Assembly: GCA_963835065.1 (NCBI GenBank) | Contig: CAWIEK010000037.1 | Span: 128,001-192,000 of the forward strand | Direction: 5' to 3' | Origin: an uncultured Chthonomonadaceae bacterium | GTDB lineage: Bacteria; Armatimonadota; Chthonomonadetes; Chthonomonadales; Chthonomonadaceae | DNA: 64,000 nt | Part shown: positions 19,909 through 29,680 of the stretch, piece after piece | Layout: each line of letters opens with the position of its first letter | Position numbering within the stretch: position 1 is the stretch's first letter | Notes under the pieces: model-generated | Seen by the model: only the letters and a program-made list of their open reading frames with translations | The model's database searches: none | What the model was told of the DNA's origin: nothing | Translations under genes and position numbers: made by a program

Positions 19909-21129
19909 ATGCCTGAAGAAGCGGAACAACAATCTCAGCCTTTAACGCGCCGGGGCTTTGTCTCCCGCGCCGCGTCCGCCTCGCTGCTGCCTGCGCTGAC
20001 CGCAACGGAAGCCGCCGCGCAAACTCCCGCATTGCAGCCGGATCGAAGCCTGCGGCTCACTCCCGCGCAATCCGCCGCCCACTTGATTACCCGGCAGCGC
20101 GAACCGGAAAATTTGGAATTCAACTTCGGCACATTGGACAACTTTCTCACGCCCAATGACCGCTTTTACGTGCGTACCCACTTTGCCACGCCTAATCTGG
20201 ATGCCGCGCAGTGGCAGTTGCGCGTAGAGGGAGCGGTTGAGCGTCCGTTTACGCTTTCCTATGCCGAATTGCAGCAGATGCCGTCGCGCAAATTGCAAAC
20301 CACGCTGGAATGTGCCGGCAATGGGCGTGTCGCGCTGACCCCGCCTGCCAATGGCGTACAGTGGGATTTGGGCGCGGTCAGCACGGCGGAATGGACGGGG
20401 GTATCCCTGTCGAATTTGCTGGCGCGGGCGGGTATCCGTCCTGAAGCCGTAGACGTGGTTTTGGAAGGCGCGGACAGCGGGGAAATCAAGACCACGCCGC
20501 GCCCTGCCGGAGCCATTCACTTTGCCCGCAGCCTGCCCCTCGAACGCGCGCGGCAGCAGGATGTAATCCTCGCCTACCGCATGAACGGCAGCGATTTGCC
20601 CGTTTCGCATGGTTTTCCGGTTCGAGCCGTTGTGCCCGGCTGGTACGGCATGGCGTCCGTAAAATGGCTGACGCGCATCCTTGTATTACCGCAAGCGTTT
20701 CAGGGCTATTTTCAGACCATTGATTACGCGATATGGGAGCGGCAGGGGGGCGAAGCAAGGCGCGTTCCCATTACCACCATGCAGGTCAAGGCCAGCATTG
20801 CGCGTCCCACATTCCGGGAATTGATTCGCGCCGGGAGTGCGTATCGTATCTATGGAGCGGCCTGGGCCGGGGAAGCCGCTGTTACCAAAGTGGAAGTCAG
20901 CGCCAATGGCGGCCAATCCTGGCAGCCCGCCCGCTTGAACAATCTGCCGGTTCCGTATACCTGGCGCTTCTGGGAGTACGAGTGGCGCGCGCCCCAGCAG
21001 CCGGGACGCTACGGCATCCTGGCGCGGGCAACCGACGCAAAAGGCAACACACAGCCCCTGCAGCGCGACGCTGACCGCGAAAATTACATGATTAACCACG
21101 TTGTGCCGGTGGAAGTGGAAGTGGGATAG
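19909..21129 (+). CDS. Sulfite oxidase family molybdoenzyme, probable Tat substrate
   Basis: TRRGFV, FYVRTH, LECAGNGR, HGFPVR, GWYGMASVKWL, Ig-like dimerisation domain. Confidence 0.9.
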   Translation: MPEEAEQQSQPLTRRGFVSRAASASLLPALTATEAAAQTPALQPDRSLRLTPAQSAAHLITRQREPENLEFNFGTLDNFLTPNDRFYVRTHFATPNLDAAQWQLRVEGAVERPFTLSYAELQQMPSRKLQTTLECAGNGRVALTPPANGVQWDLGAVSTAEWTGVSLSNLLARAGIRPEAVDVVLEGADSGEIKTTPRPAGAIHFARSLPLERARQQDVILAYRMNGSDLPVSHGFPVRAVVPGWYGMASVKWLTRILVLPQAFQGYFQTIDYAIWERQGGEARRVPITTMQVKASIARPTFRELIRAGSAYRIYGAAWAGEAAVTKVEVSANGGQSWQPARLNNLPVPYTWRFWEYEWRAPQQPGRYGILARATDAKGNTQPLQRDADRENYMINHVVPVEVEVG

Positions 21130-21250
21130 GCATTAGGCATTAGATATTAGGCATTAGGCTGCTCATTATCGGCTTGAATGGGATGTGCCTTTAGACAACA
21201 CTATCCTGCTTGTACAGGTACTAATGCCTAATGCCTAATGCCTAATGCCT
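21127..21250. repeat. Inverted heptamer arrays (TAGGCAT)n ... (ATGCCTA)n
   Basis: Arms at about 21127-21160 and 21220-21250. Confidence 0.9.
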
Positions 21251-21264
21251 CCCCGGAAACGCTT

Positions 21265-22560
21265 ATGGCGCTGAATATACGGCAAAATGGCATTGTATTG
21301 CGGCAGGATGACGGGAGCGTGACCATTCACCGTCCCGGCAAGGGCGGCAATGCGGGTGTGATTATTGAAGTTGGGGAAGAACTGGCGGATACGTGGCGGC
21401 TGGCGACTGGAGATGTTGTGGAAGGCGTCACGGCAGTCTTTGACGATGTGCAGGCCGTGTCGGACGCAAGCGCGGAGTGGTACGAGCAATACGATTTAAT
21501 GGACGAGGAGCAGCGGGACGAACCCGGCAGCGCGCGGGGCGTCTCGGTTCCCGCGTGGTTGCGGGAACACGTTTTGCCGTCCGAGCAGCTTGTGTCCATT
21601 TCGCGGGTGAACGGCATGGAGTGGGAAGATGCGGACGAACGCCCTTCCCCGCGTAAGCGCAACAACGCCGAGCGCAGTTCGCCGGATCGCCTGCTTCCGC
21701 TTGCCGTTCGCGCTTCGGACACGACCGGCAGGATGCTGGACTTTGCCGCGCCATTGGGAACGGGCTGTGTAGGCGTGATTTACGGCCCTCATGCCAGTGG
21801 CCTGACCCGGACTCTGGAAGCCGTTGTTGCGGGAACCTGCGCCAATGCCCCGGATGTAGCCGTGCTTGTGCTGCTGCTGCGAGCGCGGGGCGAGGAAGCG
21901 ACCGAATGGCGGCGGCAGTTTCCCAATGCGGATGTGGTTGTGTGTTCTTCCGCGTCGTCGGCAAGTACGCCGGAGCAAGCCCTGCGCCTTGCCGACATCA
22001 CATTGGCCTGCGCGCAGCGTCAAACGGAATTGGGGCGGCATGTGCTGCTGGCGGTTGACTCGCTGACGGGATTGTGGGGCGCGATGCTGGAAGCGGAACA
22101 CGCGGATTCGCAGTCGGAAGCGGATCAATCGCGGGCGCGGTATCGGCTGCGCGAGTGGGTTCAAAAAGCAGGCAACTTCGGCGGGCCGGGACTGCTTGGC
22201 GCGTCATTGGGCGGCTCGCTGACATTAGTTGGAACCGCGTGGCAGCAGAGCATAGACGAGGAAGCGGAAGAAGAGCGCGATGTTCACCCCCACCTGCGCC
22301 TGATGGAGCATCTGCTGCACGACACCAACTGGCGCGTTCCCCTGTCGCCCGTTCTCATGCGCGAACGCCTGTTCCCCGCCATTGATACGGCGCGCTGTCT
22401 GTCCCAACCCGAAGACAAACTCCTGCCGCCTGAGATTTACGAACAACTGCTAACCGCGCGGGCAAAACTGGCGCGTCTGGACCTGCTTTCCCGCCACAAA
22501 ACGCTTTTAGATGCGCTGGACGAAACAACCGACAACAGCCAGTTAATGGATATGTTGTAA
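21265..22560 (+). CDS. Divergent Rho termination factor-like protein with degenerate ATPase motifs
   Basis: Rho landmarks in order: LATGDVVEG, RMLDFAAPLGTG, EEATEW, GRHVLLAVDSLT, GGSLTLVGTA, RLFPAID. Confidence 0.8.
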   Translation: MALNIRQNGIVLRQDDGSVTIHRPGKGGNAGVIIEVGEELADTWRLATGDVVEGVTAVFDDVQAVSDASAEWYEQYDLMDEEQRDEPGSARGVSVPAWLREHVLPSEQLVSISRVNGMEWEDADERPSPRKRNNAERSSPDRLLPLAVRASDTTGRMLDFAAPLGTGCVGVIYGPHASGLTRTLEAVVAGTCANAPDVAVLVLLLRARGEEATEWRRQFPNADVVVCSSASSASTPEQALRLADITLACAQRQTELGRHVLLAVDSLTGLWGAMLEAEHADSQSEADQSRARYRLREWVQKAGNFGGPGLLGASLGGSLTLVGTAWQQSIDEEAEEERDVHPHLRLMEHLLHDTNWRVPLSPVLMRERLFPAIDTARCLSQPEDKLLPPEIYEQLLTARAKLARLDLLSRHKTLLDALDETTDNSQLMDML

Positions 22561-22728
22561 ATTGAAAACCCCGGCATTTGTCCACGCGGAGGCCATCATT
22601 CTGTGCTAAAATATGGTACAGGCGATATTCTGGTACGGTGCAGTTTGTGGCAGGGAAGTCAGGGCATTTTGAAGTCGCCGCGCCCGTAACCGTTTGAAAT
22701 CAGTTGATTGGAGCAGTCTGTTTTTGTT

Positions 22729-23142
22729 ATGGCGGCAAGTAAAACCACAAGTAAGAAGTATGGACGTATTCGCAATGCGCGGCAGAACTACGCGCCGTTT
22801 CGCGCCTGCCTGCTGGTGGCGGGGTTGGCGGCGATTATGAAAATGGCGCTTGCCGGCAGCGTCCACGATATGCAGCGCATGTCGTGCGACGGATTGCGTA
22901 ATTACCTGGCGGGCGCGGAAGGAAACTATTACCGCAAATACCATCACTTTGTTGTCGGGGGCGAGGATGCGTTACAGGAACTGGTGAATGCCCAGGTGAT
23001 GCGCGCCCTGCCGGAATGTCGCGCGGGTGGGCACTACACCGCCGTTGCCAACCCGGACGGCTCCCTTGCCATTCATTGCAGCATTCCCGACCACGACAAA
23101 GATCATGCCATTACCCGTCTGCCCTCTCGCCGTCGGCAGTAA
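22729..23142 (+). CDS. Hypothetical protein with pilin-like C-terminal Cys pair
   Basis: Hydrophobic segment followed by LPECRAGGHY...IHCSIPDH. Confidence 0.5.
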   Translation: MAASKTTSKKYGRIRNARQNYAPFRACLLVAGLAAIMKMALAGSVHDMQRMSCDGLRNYLAGAEGNYYRKYHHFVVGGEDALQELVNAQVMRALPECRAGGHYTAVANPDGSLAIHCSIPDHDKDHAITRLPSRRRQ

Positions 23143-23221
23143 ATCAAGGGTATCTAACCCGCTTTGTCCAATTAAGCTTTGTTGATCCGTTTAGCATCAA
23201 ATCGCTCGTTATTCAATCATT

Positions 23222-24911
23222 ATGCTGCGTACGCTTTCTGTCCGAAATTTTGCCATTATTGACCGGCTTGACCTGGAATTCGAGCCGGGGTTTAACGTGC
23301 TGACCGGCGAAACCGGCGCGGGCAAATCCATCCTCATGGACGCGCTGAACCTGATATTGGGCGCGCGGGCCGGGGCGGAAATGGTTCGCGGCGGCGCGGA
23401 TAAGGCCACGATTGACGCCGTTTTCGATGTGGGCGAATCATCGCATTTGCAGGCGATTGTCGAGCGCATGGGCTACGACCTGGAAGACGACCAGTTGTTT
23501 CTGGCGCGGGAAGTGTCGGCTGCGGGCAAGTCTTCGTGCCGCATTGCGGGGCGTCCGGCAACTGTGGCGCAGTTGAAAGAATTGGGCGACTGGCTGGTAG
23601 ACCTGCACGGGCAGCACGAGCATCAATCCCTGCTGGCCGTAGCGCGGCATCTGGATATGCTGGACGATTGGGGCGGCAAGCCGATTGCGGGTTTGCGCGG
23701 TCAGGTGGCTGAAGCGTATCAGGCCGTGCAAAAATTGCGCCGGGAAAAAGAGGAATTGGAGCGGGACGCCCGCGAACGCGCGCACCTGCTGGATTTGTAC
23801 CAGTTTCAGGTGAAGGAAATCGGGGAAGCCAAACTTGCGCCCGGTGAAGATGAGGAACTGGCAACGGAATACAAGCGGGTTGCGAACGCGCAAAAACTGG
23901 CGGAATCGGCGGCAACCGCTGCGGAAGCCCTGACGGGCGGCGAAAGCGGCAGCGGCGCACTCGAAGCCCTGAACCTTGCCATGCGGACGCTGGAAGAAGC
24001 GGCGGCATTGGACGACGCGCTGACGCCCGCATTGGAAGCCGTTCGTTCCGCCACGTATGAACTGACCGAAACCGAGCGCGACCTGATCCGCTATCAGGAT
24101 ACCGTCGAGTTCAATCCCGAACGTTTGGAGCAGATCGAGGAACGCCTGGAACTGCTGCGCAACTTGAAGCGCAAGTACGGCGACAGTATCGAAGAAATCG
24201 CGCAGTACGGCAAGGAAACCGCCGCGAAACTGGATACGCTCACCAATTCGGAAGAGCGCGGGGCACAACTGGACGCGGAAATCAAAAAGGGCGGTAAGAA
24301 ACTGCGCGACCTGTGCGCCCAACTCAGCGACCTGCGCTGCAAAGCGGCTTTGGAATTTCAGACGATCACGCTTACGGAACTGCGCGACCTGGCGATGGAA
24401 AAAACGCGCTTTGAAGTCCATATCGTTCAGGGCGAGCCGACCGCCAAAGGCACGGACAAGGTAGAATTTCTGATCGCCACCAATCCCGGCGAGCCGCTCC
24501 GTTCGCTGGCGAAAGTGGCGTCGGGCGGCGAAATTTCGCGCGTGATGCTGGCGATCAAGTCCGCGCTTGCCCGGCAGGAACCCTTGCCGACAATGGTTTT
24601 GACGAGATTGACGTTGGCGTAGGCGGGCGCACGGCCAGTAAAATCGCCGAAAAATTGTCGAACCTCGCGAAGAACGCGCAAGTCTTGTGTATCACGCACC
24701 TCGCGCAGCTTGCCAGCAAAGGGCAGCGCCATCTGTACATCGAAAAGAACGTGGAAGGCGACCGCACCAATGTCACCGTCGTTCCCCTGACGCCCGAACA
24801 GCGCGTCACAGAAGTCGCCCGCATGATCGGCGGCGAAGGCATCACGGACACGTTCTACAACACGCCCGCGAAATGCTGTCCACGCCAAAAGAGAAGAATG
24901 GCCGCGAATGA
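23222..24911 (+). CDS. recN: DNA repair protein RecN, frameshifts near 24600 and 24853
   Basis: TGETGAGKS, HGQHEHQ, ASGGEISR. FDEID, ITHLAQ and EVARM are recovered in other frames. Confidence 0.93.
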
Positions 24912-25348
24912 ACGCGCATAACCTGCGGTTCACGTACAAGAGCGACGGACACTTTTACCCTGCATTGGCAAACCTCTGTGAAACACAGCAAAGAGTTCTG
25001 TGGTTTAATGTTCAGGCGTAATTACTGTTAATTACTGGATTGACATTAACGGCGAAAATAGTAGGTAATGACGAGTACAAAGAATCATTGAAGGAATTGT
25101 ATCGCTCAACTGCTTCCGAAGGGAAATTCTATATTGTGACATGCGCTGGCTGTGGTGACCAGGGTGTGCAAGCGCATCTGCGATAGAGATAACGCATATA
25201 GAAGGCAAAACGCTATGGCTGACACGGAGTTAAACCGGTCTACGTTTTTGACACACAAGAGTATGTTGCTCAGATAACAAGTGCCTACGAAGAATTAGCG
25301 CATCTTAAAGAACTCTATCCGAGTTATCGAATGAGCGATGTGTGGTAG
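24908..25348 (+). pseudogene. Low-GC degraded ORF remnant
   Basis: Protein-like fragments in different frames (LKELYRSTASEGKFYIVTCAGCGD; PVYVFDTQEYVAQITSAYEEL) broken by several stops. Confidence 0.4.
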
Positions 25349-25403
25349 CCGCAGTTTGATAAGTTGAGGCATGAAACCCAATCCCGTTCAAGTAACGCCT
25401 GCA

Positions 25404-25532
25404 CCGGGAATAAATTCCTCGGCTGTGGTAACGAAGCCCGCCTGCGCGGACTGAAGGCTTTATAAATCATCTAACGGCGGTGTAGTCCGCGCAGGCGGAT
25501 TTCGTTACCACAGCCGCGCATTTAATGCACGG
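25404..25532. repeat. Palindromic MITE/REP-like element, family B
   Basis: ggctgtggtaacgaag.ccgcctgcgcggact ... agtccgcgcaggcgga.ttcgttaccacagcc. Second copy at 49539-49669. Confidence 0.85.
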
Positions 25533-25540
25533 ACTTTTCA

Positions 25541-25825
25541 ATGCACGGCGAATATAAAACTCCGGGTGGCAAATTGGTCATGGTTGATTTTTCCGTCGCT
25601 CACGGCATACTTTATGGTGTGCAGGTGAGCGGCGACTTTTTTCTGTACCCGGAGGAAGCGTTGCTGCACATCGCCGCGTCGTTGGAAGGCTTGCCGATTA
25701 CGGCAGATGTGGATGAGATTGCCGCCCGAATTACGAACGCGCTTGCGCCCGATGTGGTGATGCTTGGGTTTTCGCCTGAAGCGATTGCGCGGGCGGTCAG
25801 AAATGCGCTGGAGGAACAGCCATGA
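25541..25825 (+). CDS. Lipoate-protein ligase accessory subunit (LplB-like)
   Basis: MHGEYKTPGGKLV and SGDFFLYPEE motifs, overlapping the lplA start. Confidence 0.85.
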   Translation: MHGEYKTPGGKLVMVDFSVAHGILYGVQVSGDFFLYPEEALLHIAASLEGLPITADVDEIAARITNALAPDVVMLGFSPEAIARAVRNALEEQP

Positions 25826-26697
25826 GTAACGAGACGCTGAACAGCAACGCGCCAGAGGAGGCGATGTCTGCCGAACCGGTGTATGCGCCTGTTCCTGCGC
25901 CGATTACGCTGGATGTGACGCCAATGCTGGAACGCTGGAAAGGGGCAGGGTGGCAATTGCTGCCGGAAGTTCCGCTTAGTCCCGCCATGAATGTCGCGCT
26001 GGATGAAGTTTTGTTGGGACAGGTGCAGCGTAGCGAACGTCCGCCGACCTTGCGGTTTTGGGGATGGGGCGGGCAGGCGGTGATTTTGGGTTCGTTTCAA
26101 TCCGTACGCAATGAAGTGGACGAGCAGGCCGCGCAGGAAATGGGAATCGCCATTGTCCGGCGCATGAGCGGCGGCGGAGCCATGCTGGTGCAGCCCGGAT
26201 TAACGATTACGTACTCGCTGTATATTCCCGACGGATTGCTGCAAGGCGTTTCCATTGCCAACTCGTATGCGGTTTGCGATCAATGGGCGGTGGCGGCGTT
26301 TCGGGAGGCGGGGATCAATGCGTGGTACGCGCCCCTCAACGACATTACGAGTGCGGAAGGCAAAATCGGCGGCGCGGCGCAGGCGCGGCGTCCCGGCGCA
26401 ATCCTGCACCACACGACCATTGCCTACGAAATGAACCCCGACGAGATGCTGCGCGTTCTCCGCATCGGACGCGCCAAACTCAGCGACAAAGGCATTGCCA
26501 GCGCCGCCAAGCGCGTCAGCCCCCTGCGCCGTCAAACCGACCTGCCCCGCGAACAACTGGTAGCGCGTCTCACAGAGGGTTTTCGCAACGATTTCGGCCT
26601 GACCGACTCCGCGCTGTCTGCCGAAGACATTCTCGCCGCCGAACAGCTTGTACAGACAAAATACGGCACAGACGCCTGGACGCATAGCCTGCCCTGA
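25822..26697 (+). CDS. lplA: Lipoate-protein ligase A catalytic subunit
   Basis: NVALDE, RRMSGGGA, LNDI, KIGGAAQ, LHHTT. Confidence 0.9.
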   Translation: MSNETLNSNAPEEAMSAEPVYAPVPAPITLDVTPMLERWKGAGWQLLPEVPLSPAMNVALDEVLLGQVQRSERPPTLRFWGWGGQAVILGSFQSVRNEVDEQAAQEMGIAIVRRMSGGGAMLVQPGLTITYSLYIPDGLLQGVSIANSYAVCDQWAVAAFREAGINAWYAPLNDITSAEGKIGGAAQARRPGAILHHTTIAYEMNPDEMLRVLRIGRAKLSDKGIASAAKRVSPLRRQTDLPREQLVARLTEGFRNDFGLTDSALSAEDILAAEQLVQTKYGTDAWTHSLP

Positions 26698-28179
26698 TTA
26701 TTTAAGTATGTGGAGCAGCCGTTGGTAAGCCTCTTCCCAGCGTTCGGCGTTTGCGGCAGGCGTGTAGGTTTCCAGCGTGAAAGAATTGCGCACGATTTGC
26801 CGCGCCTGCTCCAGCCCATTCAGCAGGCCGACGCCGATGGCCTGCATTAGTATATTGCCGATAGCGGTTGCTTCCACCGGGCCGGCAATTACGGTTCGGC
26901 GCGTGGCATCGGCGGTGAGTTGGCACAGCAGTTTGTTTTGGGTTCCGCCGCCCACGACGTGAATGGTGTCAATGCCGCGCCCGCGTACCTGCTCCAATCC
27001 CTCCACTACAAACCGGTATTTCAGCGCGAGGCTTTCCAGGCAGCAGCGGATGATTGCGCCCTCGTCCTGTGGAACCGCCTGCCCCGCGCGTTGGCAGAAG
27101 GCGCGGATTTCCGCCGCCATGTCGTCGGGCGCGAGGAACGCGGGATCGTCCGGGTCAATCAATGGCCCGAATGGAGGAGCCTGTTCCGCCAGTGTGGTCA
27201 AGGTAGCATAGCTGTGATCGTGTCCGTATCGGGCAAACGAGCGGCGGCACTCCTGCACGAGCCACAATCCCATCACGTTTTTCAGGACGCGAACCGTGTT
27301 ACGCGCGCCGCCTTCATTGGTAAAGTTGAATTTCGCGGTTTGTTCGGAGATAAGCGGGACAGGCGCTTCGATGCCGACAAGCGACCATGTGCCGCTGCTG
27401 ATGTAAGCGTAATCGGGAGTGGACGCGGGCACGGCGACAACCGCGCTGCCCGTATCATGGGTGGCGGGCGCGATCACTTGCAGGTTGGTGGCTCCTGTTT
27501 CTGCCGCAATATCCCGGCGAAGTGTGCCAAGCCGCGTTCCCGCGGGTACGATGTCGGTGAAAATAGCGCGGGGCAGTTGAAACGCTCCAATCAAATCCTC
27601 CGCCCATGCGTGGTTATGCGGGTCGGCGAGTTGCGTCGAGGTGGCGTTGCTCCATTCCGTCACTTTTACGCCCGTCAGCCAGAAGTTCAGCAGGTCGGGC
27701 ATGAGCAGCAAGGTGCGGGCGTTTGCCAGCAGGGGCGAACCCGCTTTTTGCAGCGACAGCAGTTGATATAGCGTATTGAACTGCAAAAACTGTATTCCCG
27801 TGCGCTTGTAAATCGCTTCACGCGGCACGGTTTGAAACGCGGCTTCCATCATGCCGTCATTGGCGTGGTCGCGGTAATGGCGTGGGTTCCCCAACAGCAC
27901 ATCGTCTTTGCCGAGCAGTCCGAAATCCACTGCCCACGTATCAATGCCCATCCCCCTAAAATCGGTTCCACAGGACTGCGCGGCCAATCGTAATCCTGTC
28001 TTGATTTCCGTAAACAGCCGCAGCGCGTCCCAATACAGCGTATCGAGTACGCGCGTCCCGCCCGTCGCAAAACGGTGCGCGTCCTGCAAGCGCAGTTTGT
28101 CGTCCTCAAAAAAGCCCGTTACCGCCCGCCCGCTTTCCGCGCCCAGATCAAACGCCAGAAACTTGGCTTCCATTGCCAC
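26698..28179 (-). CDS. rhaB: Rhamnulokinase, copy 1
   Basis: FDLGAESGR, IDTWAVDFG, HDTGSAV, SSGTWSL, FTNEGG, KNVMGLW, GPVEATAIGN. Confidence 0.92.
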   Translation of the reverse strand: MAMEAKFLAFDLGAESGRAVTGFFEDDKLRLQDAHRFATGGTRVLDTLYWDALRLFTEIKTGLRLAAQSCGTDFRGMGIDTWAVDFGLLGKDDVLLGNPRHYRDHANDGMMEAAFQTVPREAIYKRTGIQFLQFNTLYQLLSLQKAGSPLLANARTLLLMPDLLNFWLTGVKVTEWSNATSTQLADPHNHAWAEDLIGAFQLPRAIFTDIVPAGTRLGTLRRDIAAETGATNLQVIAPATHDTGSAVVAVPASTPDYAYISSGTWSLVGIEAPVPLISEQTAKFNFTNEGGARNTVRVLKNVMGLWLVQECRRSFARYGHDHSYATLTTLAEQAPPFGPLIDPDDPAFLAPDDMAAEIRAFCQRAGQAVPQDEGAIIRCCLESLALKYRFVVEGLEQVRGRGIDTIHVVGGGTQNKLLCQLTADATRRTVIAGPVEATAIGNILMQAIGVGLLNGLEQARQIVRNSFTLETYTPAANAERWEEAYQRLLHILK

Positions 28180-28196
28180 GATGATGCCTCCCCAAA

Positions 28197-28336
28197 AAGG
28201 ATGAAGGATGAAGGATGAAGGATGAAGAATGAAGACAATGCCTGTCTCTGTCTTAATCAATAAACATGGTTATGACAGAAGAAGCCATTGTCCTGAGTGC
28301 AATTCTTCATCCTTCATCCTTCATCCTTCATCCTTT
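28197..28336. repeat. Inverted heptamer arrays (AGGATGA)n ... (TCATCCT)n; duplicated at 31027-31166
   Basis: Arms at about 28197-28235 and 28303-28336. Confidence 0.9.
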
Positions 28337-28489
28337 TCGGGGCGGGAAAATCCTGCTTGTTTCTTATCGTGCAATTTTACGCCGATGAGGGCTGTCAACA
28401 GGAATGGGCACCTTGCCGCTAGTACGCGGCAGAGCCAATAATAAATCATCCGAGAGGATGAATGGGAAGAAGCAGGAGAAAGAGGCAAC

Positions 28490-29680
28490 ATGACAGCGCA
28501 ACCTTTGAACATACAAATCTACTTACGCGGCGGCGGCACATTGGAAGCATTGGCGCGCGATCTGGCAATCCGCCATGCCCGGCATCCGGCTTACGCCAAT
28601 CTGGTACTGCTGAAATACGATCAGATTAACAGCCCGATGGACAACCCTGTTGTGCGGGAGTGCCGGGGGCTGATTCTGGATGAAGCGGACGATTGGCGCA
28701 TTGTTGCCCGCGCTTACGAGAAATTCTTCAACTACGGCGAACCGAACGCGCCCGTTATAGATTGGACAACCGCCCGCATACAGGAGAAAGTAGACGGAAC
28801 CCTGTGCATTTTCTACCATTACGACAGCAAGTGGCATGTTGCGACAACGGGAACGCCGGACGCCGGGGGCAGGGTGCATAACGGCGAGCGCATATTCCGT
28901 GACCTGATCTGGGAAACGGCAAGGCAGTACGAAATGCAGTTGCTTTCGCCCCAACATTGCTATCTGTTTGAACTCACAAGCCCCTACAATCGCGTGGTCG
29001 TGCCGCATGAGCAGCCGGGCTTGACCCTGCTGGGCATACGGCAAACGGATAATGGCGCATGGGTCCCGCTGAAGCAGGCCCATTCGTATATCAGCGGTTC
29101 CGTGCCTGTCGTGCAGGAGTTCGCGTTCAACTCGCTTGCCGCCGTGCTGTCTTCGTTGGAAAACATCAACCCTCTGGAGCAGGAGGGGTACGTGGTTGTG
29201 GATGGCGCGGGCAATCGCGTCAAGGTGAAGCATCCGCGTTATGTCGCGCTGCATCTGCTCAAGGAATCGTTCAATTTGCGGGCGTATGTGGAGGTATTGC
29301 GGGCAGGCGAAACTCCCGAACTGCTCACGTACTTTCCCGAAATCGGGGCAGAGTACGCGCCGGTTCGCGCTGCTTACGAAACCCTCGCGATGGAAATTGA
29401 CGCCGATTACAGCCGTCTGCGTTCGCTTGACACGCAGAAAGAGTTTGCACAGGCCGCGCTCAAAACACGCTGCTCCGCCGCGCTGTTCGCAATCCGGGCC
29501 GGCGATTGCCGCGATGCCCGCGATGGATTATTTAAGCATGTGGAGCAGCCGTTGGTAAGCCTCTTCCCAGCGTTCGGCGTTTGCGGCAGGCGTGTAGGTT
29601 TCCAGCGTGAAAGAATTGCGCACGATTTGCCGCGCCTGCTCCAGCCCATTCAGCAGGCCGACGCCGATGGCCTGCATTAG
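28490..29680 (+). CDS. T4 Rnl1-like RNA ligase, copy 1, chimeric C-terminus
   Basis: About 345 N-terminal residues match copy 2, then the frame reads into antisense rhaB copy 2. Confidence 0.7.
   Translation: MTAQPLNIQIYLRGGGTLEALARDLAIRHARHPAYANLVLLKYDQINSPMDNPVVRECRGLILDEADDWRIVARAYEKFFNYGEPNAPVIDWTTARIQEKVDGTLCIFYHYDSKWHVATTGTPDAGGRVHNGERIFRDLIWETARQYEMQLLSPQHCYLFELTSPYNRVVVPHEQPGLTLLGIRQTDNGAWVPLKQAHSYISGSVPVVQEFAFNSLAAVLSSLENINPLEQEGYVVVDGAGNRVKVKHPRYVALHLLKESFNLRAYVEVLRAGETPELLTYFPEIGAEYAPVRAAYETLAMEIDADYSRLRSLDTQKEFAQAALKTRCSAALFAIRAGDCRDARDGLFKHVEQPLVSLFPAFGVCGRRVGFQRERIAHDLPRLLQPIQQADADGLH

Noticed and set aside
21238..22560. Canonical rho gene
   Set aside because: Walker A lysine, catalytic glutamate and arginine finger are absent. 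The ATG at 21238 lies within a heptamer array.
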